Shown: piece after piece, positions 58,710 to 64,000 of the stretch
How positions within the stretch are numbered: position 1 is the first letter of the stretch
Layout: the number at the start of each line of letters is the position of its first letter
Origin: an uncultured Methylomirabilota bacterium
GTDB taxonomy: Bacteria > Methylomirabilota > Methylomirabilia > Methylomirabilales > 2-02-FULL-66-22
Direction of reading: 5' to 3'
NCBI GenBank assembly: GCA_963845565.1
Contig: CAWJSJ010000002.1
Location: forward strand, 1,056,001-1,120,000
DNA: 64,000 nucleotides
Translations under genes and position numbers: made by a program
Notes under the pieces: model-generated
Database searches by the model: none
What the model was told of the DNA's origin: nothing
What the model saw: the letters and a program-made list of their open reading frames with translations, nothing else

Positions 58710-59855
58710 ATGAATTGCCGCCAGCGAGCCTTGGCCGCGCTCAACCACCGCGAGCCCGATCGGGTGCCCCTCGATTTCGGCGGGCGCCAGACGACGCTCC
58801 ATTTCGCCGCGCACCAGGCGCTGATGAAGTATCTCGGGTTCAGCGGACCGGAGCCGCCGATTCGCAGCTACCACACGTACCTGGTGGACCCGGACCCCCA
58901 GCTGTTGCAGCGGTTCGAGCGCGTGAGCGCGGTGTTTTTTCCGAAGGCGCCCAGCGACTACGTGTTCACGATTGACCCGGCGACCAACTCGTACGTGGAC
59001 GAGTGGGGGACCACCTATCACATGCCGCCCGGCGGGTTCTACTATGACATGGTCGCCAACCCGCTGACCGAGGCCGAGTCGGAAGCCGACCTTGCGAAGT
59101 ACCGCTGGCCGAACCCGACGGACCCTGCGCGGATCGCGGGTCTGCCCGAGAAGATCAGGGCCGCCTACGCGGCCGGCGAGAAGGTGGTCATGATGTGCGG
59201 GGCGATGCCCGGCCTCTGGGAGCATGCCTGGTACATGTTCGGGATGGAGCAGGCCTTCGTCAACCTGGCCGGCAACGCGCCGCTCATCGAGGCGTTCACC
59301 GATCGCGTCCTGGCGTGGCAGATCGCCTACTGGGATATGGCCCTCAGGCAGGTGGGAGACTGCGTGGACGTGGTCCAGCTCAACGAGGACCTGGGCAGCC
59401 AGGACGGGCCGATGATGGCCCCGGCCACGTTCCGGCGGGTCTACAAGCCGCGGCTGCGGCAACTGATCGCCGAGATCAAGCAGCGGACGAAGGCCAAGGT
59501 GTACCTCCACTCCTGCGGCTCGATCTACCGGCTGATCCCCGACCTCATCGAGGTCGGCGTGGACATCCTGAACCCGGTCCAGGTCAACGCGGCCGAGATG
59601 GACTCGGCGCGGCTGAAGAAGGAGTTCGGCAAGGACCTCACCTTCTGGGGCGGGGGCTGCGATCCGGTTGTCATGGGGAACGGAACGGTGCCGCAGGTCC
59701 GGGACGACGTGAAACGGCGAATTCATGACCTGGCGCCGGGCGGCGGGTTGATCTTCGGGTCCGTGCACAACATCCAGGCCAACGTCCCGCCGGAAAACAT
59801 CGTCGCCATGTTCGACGCGGCGCTGGAGTTCGGCGGGTATCCGATTCGCGCCTAA
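58710..59855 (+). CDS. Uroporphyrinogen decarboxylase/MtaA-CmuA methyltransferase family protein
   Basis: REPDRVPLD, DEWG, EDLGSQ, HSCG, LNPVQ and HNIQANVPPENI; GGAGG RBS. Confidence 0.9.
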   Translation: MNCRQRALAALNHREPDRVPLDFGGRQTTLHFAAHQALMKYLGFSGPEPPIRSYHTYLVDPDPQLLQRFERVSAVFFPKAPSDYVFTIDPATNSYVDEWGTTYHMPPGGFYYDMVANPLTEAESEADLAKYRWPNPTDPARIAGLPEKIRAAYAAGEKVVMMCGAMPGLWEHAWYMFGMEQAFVNLAGNAPLIEAFTDRVLAWQIAYWDMALRQVGDCVDVVQLNEDLGSQDGPMMAPATFRRVYKPRLRQLIAEIKQRTKAKVYLHSCGSIYRLIPDLIEVGVDILNPVQVNAAEMDSARLKKEFGKDLTFWGGGCDPVVMGNGTVPQVRDDVKRRIHDLAPGGGLIFGSVHNIQANVPPENIVAMFDAALEFGGYPIRA

Positions 59856-59867
59856 GGTTCCGTCCCG

Positions 59868-61202
59868 ATGAAGACCTACCCACTCAGGACATTCGTCCGC
59901 CGCGTTCTCGTTGTGCGACTCGGCATCGCGACGGCCATCATCGCCGTCGTCGTTGCGGTCGCCGCGTACGTCAGCCAGCAGGCGTTGCTCACCCGGGAGG
60001 TGGCCGACCTCGGCCGCCGAGGGGTCGCCACACTCGTCGAGAGGGTGCGTAATGTCATGGACCGCGAACGGACCGATGCCGTCTCGGCCTTGCGAGAAGT
60101 CCTTTCCCGCGGCGCACAACCCGTGGTCTATCGGGCGGGTCGGTTCGTGCTCTTTCAGGTCTATGATCGCTCCTCGGCTGTCCTCGCGGAAGGCGCTGCC
60201 GGCGACCAGCCGGGTATGGACCAGGTGCGAACTTTCATGGTATCGCAGCCGGTTGCCTTCCCGGGCGTCGACCGGGACCACGCGCAAACGGTACGGGTAG
60301 ACGGCGGCCTCTTTGTGTACACGGTCGTTCCCATTGTCGACCGTGAAGGCGCGGTGGCGGCTTTTGCCCGGGGCATGTTTGCGGTCTCGCCCGAGGTGGC
60401 GGAGCAGATGCACTGGGCCGTCCTGCGGAACGTCCTGCTTGCGGTTGCCATCGTCGTCGCCGTGGTGGCGCTCCTCTTTCCCGTGATTCTTCATCTGATG
60501 CGCAGGCTTGCCGACTATTCCACCCACCTGCTGGAGGCGAACCTGGAAACCCTCTCGGTCCTGGGGAGCGCCATCGCCAAACGAGATAGCGATACCGACG
60601 CTCATAACTACAGGGTCTCACTCTATTCGGCCCGTATCGGTCACGCCCTTGGCCTCGGTCGGGCCGAGATGCAGACGCTCATCAAGGGGTCGTTCCTTCA
60701 CGACGTCGGCAAGATCGGCATTCCTGACGCCGTACTCCTGAAACCAGGGCGGCTCGACGAGGGCGAGTTCACCGTCATGCAGAGCCACGTCGAGAAGGGC
60801 GTGGACATCGTGCAGCGATCCTCATGGCTTCGAGACGGAGTCGCCGTGGCCGCTTACCATCACGAGAAGTATGGCGGGGGCGGGTATCCACATAACCTGC
60901 GCGGGGAGGATATTCCCATCGCCGCGCGCGTCTTCGCCGTGGCGGACGTCTTCGATGCGTTGACCTCGGCCCGACCCTACAAGAAGCCCCTGGATTTCGA
61001 GGAAGCCATGGCGCTTCTCGAGCAGGGCCGCGGCCGGCACTTCGACCCCGCGATTCTCGATGCCTTCGCGAAGATCGCCCGCGGACTCCACGACCGGTAT
61101 GCCGGCCGCGAGGGCGAGAGCCTCCGACAGGAACTCGCCGCCCTCGTGGCGGACTATTTCTCGGCAGGGATGGAGACGCTCCGGTACGGCAGCGCTCCCT
61201 GA
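59868..61202 (+). CDS. Membrane sensor HD-GYP cyclic-dinucleotide phosphodiesterase
   Basis: Two TM helices around a sensor domain; RDSDTDAH, LHDVGK, HHEKYGGGGYP, ADVFDALTS.RPYK and HFDP. Confidence 0.92.
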   Translation: MKTYPLRTFVRRVLVVRLGIATAIIAVVVAVAAYVSQQALLTREVADLGRRGVATLVERVRNVMDRERTDAVSALREVLSRGAQPVVYRAGRFVLFQVYDRSSAVLAEGAAGDQPGMDQVRTFMVSQPVAFPGVDRDHAQTVRVDGGLFVYTVVPIVDREGAVAAFARGMFAVSPEVAEQMHWAVLRNVLLAVAIVVAVVALLFPVILHLMRRLADYSTHLLEANLETLSVLGSAIAKRDSDTDAHNYRVSLYSARIGHALGLGRAEMQTLIKGSFLHDVGKIGIPDAVLLKPGRLDEGEFTVMQSHVEKGVDIVQRSSWLRDGVAVAAYHHEKYGGGGYPHNLRGEDIPIAARVFAVADVFDALTSARPYKKPLDFEEAMALLEQGRGRHFDPAILDAFAKIARGLHDRYAGREGESLRQELAALVADYFSAGMETLRYGSAP

Positions 61203-61322
61203 CCGCTCCTTCCGAAATCGTGTGCCGTGACAAGGGGACGGCCGTGCGATCAGGGAACGCCAAGAGGGCCCGATCGGGCCCTCTTGGCGTTTCACGGGCG
61301 ATGTGCCCGTCCGCGGTGCGGA

Positions 61323-62969
61323 TCAGGCCAGGATCGCGGCCAAATCCTGACTGGGGGTCGTGATCGGCTTGAGATCGAAGGTGTCCACCAGCACCTTGAC
61401 GACGTTGGGGGTGAGGAAGGCGGGCAAGGTCGGCCCCAGCCGCATCCCCTTGATGCCAAGGGAGAGCAGCGACAGCAAGATCACCACGGCCTTCTGCTCG
61501 TACCAGGAGAGGAACAGCGACAGCGGCAGATCGTTGACCGAGCAGTTGAAGGCGCCGGCCAGCGCTTTGGCGATCACGATGGCAGAATGGGCGTCGTTAC
61601 ACTGGCCGATGTCCAGCAGGCGCGGGATGCCGCCGATGGTCCCGAAGTCGAGGTGGTTGAACCGGAACTTACCGCACGCCAGCGTCAGGATGACGCAATC
61701 CTTGGGGATCTGTCGCGCGAGCTCGGTGTAGTAGTTCCGGCCGGGCCGGGCGCCGTCGCAGCCGCCCACCAGGAAGAAGTGCCGGACGGCGCCGCTCTTC
61801 ACCGCCGCGACGACCTGGTCCGCCAACCCCAGGACCGCGTTGTGGCCGCATCCCGTGAGGAGTGTCAGGTCCTCGGTCGGCTGGAATCCCGGTAACGAGA
61901 GGGCCTTCTCGATGACCGACGTGAAATCGCGATTCGAGACGTGCGCGACGCCGGGCCAGGCCACCAAGCCGGTCGTGAAGGTGCGGTCCCGGTAGCTGTC
62001 CTGCGGCTGCTGGATGCAGTTGGTCGTGAACAGAATGGCGGCGGGGAGATTGCTGAACTCCGACTGCTGGTTCTGCCACGCCGTTCCGAAATGCCCTGCC
62101 AGGTGTCCGTATTTCTTGAGGCCGGGATATCCATGGGCGGGCAGCATCTCGCCGTGCGTGTACACGTTGATTCCCTTGCCTTGGGTCTGCTGCAGCAAGG
62201 TTTCCAGATCGGCCAGGTCGTGGCCGGTCACGATGATCGCCGGGCCCTTCTTGAGCGAGGTCGAGACCGGGGTCGGCACGGGGTGGCCGAAGCGCGCGGT
62301 GTGACCTTCGTCGAGGATCTCCATGCAGCGCAGATTGACCTGGCCGCAGCGGAGCGACAGCGCCAGAAGTTGGTCCAGCGAGATGGCGGGGTCGTTCAGG
62401 GCCGCCAGGGCTTCATGAATGAATGCGAAGATCGTCTCGTCTTGCTTGCCCAAGAGATACGCGTGCTCGGCGTAGGCGGCCAGCCCCTTGAGGCCGTAGA
62501 TCAGGAGTTGCTTGAGGCTGCGGATGTCCTCCTCGGCCTTGTCCGTGCGTAACCCGACCGCGGTGGCCTGAAGAAGCAGTTCGTCGCGCGATGCCGCGGG
62601 ACGGAAACGCGCCGACTCCGGCAAGAGGTCTTCTTCGAACGGGACCGCCGTGCGAGCGGTTGCGCCGCGGCAGATCGCCACGAGCCGGGTACGAAGCTCG
62701 CTCCCCCTCTGGATCCACTGGACGAGGCGCTCCGGATCGAAGTTGACGTTGGTGACGGTGGTGAAGAGCGCCTCCAGCACGTACCGGTCAACCTCGTTGT
62801 CCACCTGTCCCATTCGGCGGGCCTGGTGAGCCAGGTAGCCGATCCCTTTCGCCTGGTGCACGATCAGGTCCTGCAGGGCGGCGACCTCCGGCTCTTTTCC
62901 ACAGATGCCCAGGTAATCGCATCCCTTGCCCCGGGCCGCTTGTTCACACTGATAGCAGAACATGTCCAT
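61323..62969 (-). CDS. hcp: Hybrid cluster protein (hydroxylamine/NO reductase)
   Basis: MFCYQCEQ...C...GICGK, TGHDL, THGEMLPAH, TTNC, GGCDG, LACGK, GQCND and SWYEQKA. Confidence 0.96.
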   Translation of the reverse strand: MDMFCYQCEQAARGKGCDYLGICGKEPEVAALQDLIVHQAKGIGYLAHQARRMGQVDNEVDRYVLEALFTTVTNVNFDPERLVQWIQRGSELRTRLVAICRGATARTAVPFEEDLLPESARFRPAASRDELLLQATAVGLRTDKAEEDIRSLKQLLIYGLKGLAAYAEHAYLLGKQDETIFAFIHEALAALNDPAISLDQLLALSLRCGQVNLRCMEILDEGHTARFGHPVPTPVSTSLKKGPAIIVTGHDLADLETLLQQTQGKGINVYTHGEMLPAHGYPGLKKYGHLAGHFGTAWQNQQSEFSNLPAAILFTTNCIQQPQDSYRDRTFTTGLVAWPGVAHVSNRDFTSVIEKALSLPGFQPTEDLTLLTGCGHNAVLGLADQVVAAVKSGAVRHFFLVGGCDGARPGRNYYTELARQIPKDCVILTLACGKFRFNHLDFGTIGGIPRLLDIGQCNDAHSAIVIAKALAGAFNCSVNDLPLSLFLSWYEQKAVVILLSLLSLGIKGMRLGPTLPAFLTPNVVKVLVDTFDLKPITTPSQDLAAILA

Positions 62970-63061
62970 GACTCGCGAACCTCCTGTGAGTGTTGAGAAC
63001 CCCTCCGCGACACCCGGTCGCGAGGGCGGACACACTCTACGCGCGCAGCGAGGAGGGCGCA

Positions 63062-63075
63062 TTGATCTGGATCAA
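63062..63075. promoter_or_regulatory. FNR/DNR-type binding site upstream of hcp
   Basis: Perfect TTGAT-CTGG-ATCAA, 93 bp upstream of the hcp start. Confidence 0.8.
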
Positions 63076-63113
63076 GCGGGTGGATCGACGGCGGGCGTCG
63101 GGATGCGGCAGCG

Positions 63114-63954
63114 TCAGAGGCGGGAGATGATGCCCTTGACGAGAACGGTCAGGCGGTGTTCCGCGCGCGCCGCGACGGCCAGGACGCTTTCGTGGGTGAC
63201 GGGTGCCGCCTGGCGGGCGGACACCGGCCGGCCGGCCTCGACGTTGGTGATGCAGGAAATCCCCAGGATATTCGCAATGCCCGCGTGCCGGGCGACGAGG
63301 ACCTCCGGGACGGTCGACATTCCCACTGCGTCCGCCCCCAGGGCCCGAAGCATTCGCACCTCGGCGGCCGTCTCGTAGGATGGGCCGCTCACGCCGGCGT
63401 AGACCCCGGACCGCAGCGGGATGCCTTCCTGCCGCGCCGCCGCGCGGGCGGCTCGCGTCGCCTCGACAGAGAACAAATTGCGGGTGGTCGGGAACCGCGG
63501 ACCAAGACGCTCGTCATGCGGGCCCCGCAGCGGGTTGTCTCCCATCAGGTTGATCACATCTCGAATCAACATGAGGTCGCCGACCCGGAACCGCGGGTTC
63601 AGGCCGCCGGCGGCGTTGGTCACGACCAGCGTCGAAATCCCGAGACCCCGGAGGACGCGGATGGGGAACGTCACCTCCTGCATGGTGTAGCCTTCGTAGT
63701 AATGGAAGCGGCCCTGCATCACGGCCACCGATGTCGCCCTGCAGCCGTCCGAAGACGAGGCGCGAGGCGTGCCCCCGAACCGTCGAGGTGGGGAAGTGCG
63801 GGATGGCGCCGTAGGGGACGCCGACGGCGTCCTCCACCTGGCTCGCCAGGGCCCCCAGGCCGCTGCCCAGAACGATCCCGATGGTGGCGGCGCAGTCGGG
63901 CCGCCGCCGCAGGAACCGAACCGCCTCCTGTATGGCCGTATATGGTGTCGGCAT
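63114..63954 (-). CDS. Purine nucleoside phosphorylase, trimeric PunA/XapA type (frameshift near 63740)
   Basis: VLGSGLG and STVRGH in one frame; [28 protein letters not shown] and CITN in the other. Confidence 0.9.
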
Positions 63955-64000
63955 CCGGCCTCGCCTCGCTCCCCTCGGCGATGGGTCGGGGATCGCTTGC

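Noticed and set aside
8418..60605. Many long antisense or alternative-frame ORFs (e.g. 8418..10262, 40093..41970, 47667..49694, 58656..60605)
   Set aside because: These are shadow ORFs caused by high GC3, overlapping well-supported genes and lacking motifs.

Overview
High-GC bacterial chromosomal segment of mostly metabolic and transport genes; the gene content suggests an anaerobic or facultative diderm such as Methylomirabilota (NC10/Rokubacteria) or a deltaproteobacterium, which is inference only. From left to right: a truncated DUF900-type hydrolase, tandem 6-phosphogluconolactonase-family paralogs, an MFS transporter, a NorR/sigma54 NO-detoxification unit (norR, ytfE/ric, qNor), pncB, a leader-peptide/terminator/small-ORF cassette, mocA-like and xdhC genes, mtfA, a 3-hydroxyacyl-CoA dehydrogenase, a membrane spermidine-synthase-like fusion, a LIV-type ABC transporter, a PrpB-like/TRAP/PanE/isomerase operon, ydbH plus a ynbE-ydbL fusion, an NMT1-type ABC transporter with a DapA-like aldolase and an OYE, a second LIV operon interleaved with iorAB and carrying a LivF-PaaK fusion, recQ, a c-di-GMP module (coiled-coil-PilZ, PilZ-PilZ, GAF-GGDEF), SDR, yhcH-like, uraA, upp, a UroD/MtaA-family gene, an HD-GYP protein, hcp and a purine nucleoside phosphorylase. 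The most notable non-coding signals are seven copies of a ~125-170 bp palindromic MITE-like element, each starting right after a TAG stop codon in the sense orientation and showing compensatory stem changes, and a 103-bp element present as a 102/103-identical inverted pair 53 kb apart. About seven single-base frameshifts suggest assembly indel errors. No rRNA, tRNA, CRISPR array or transposase was recognised.
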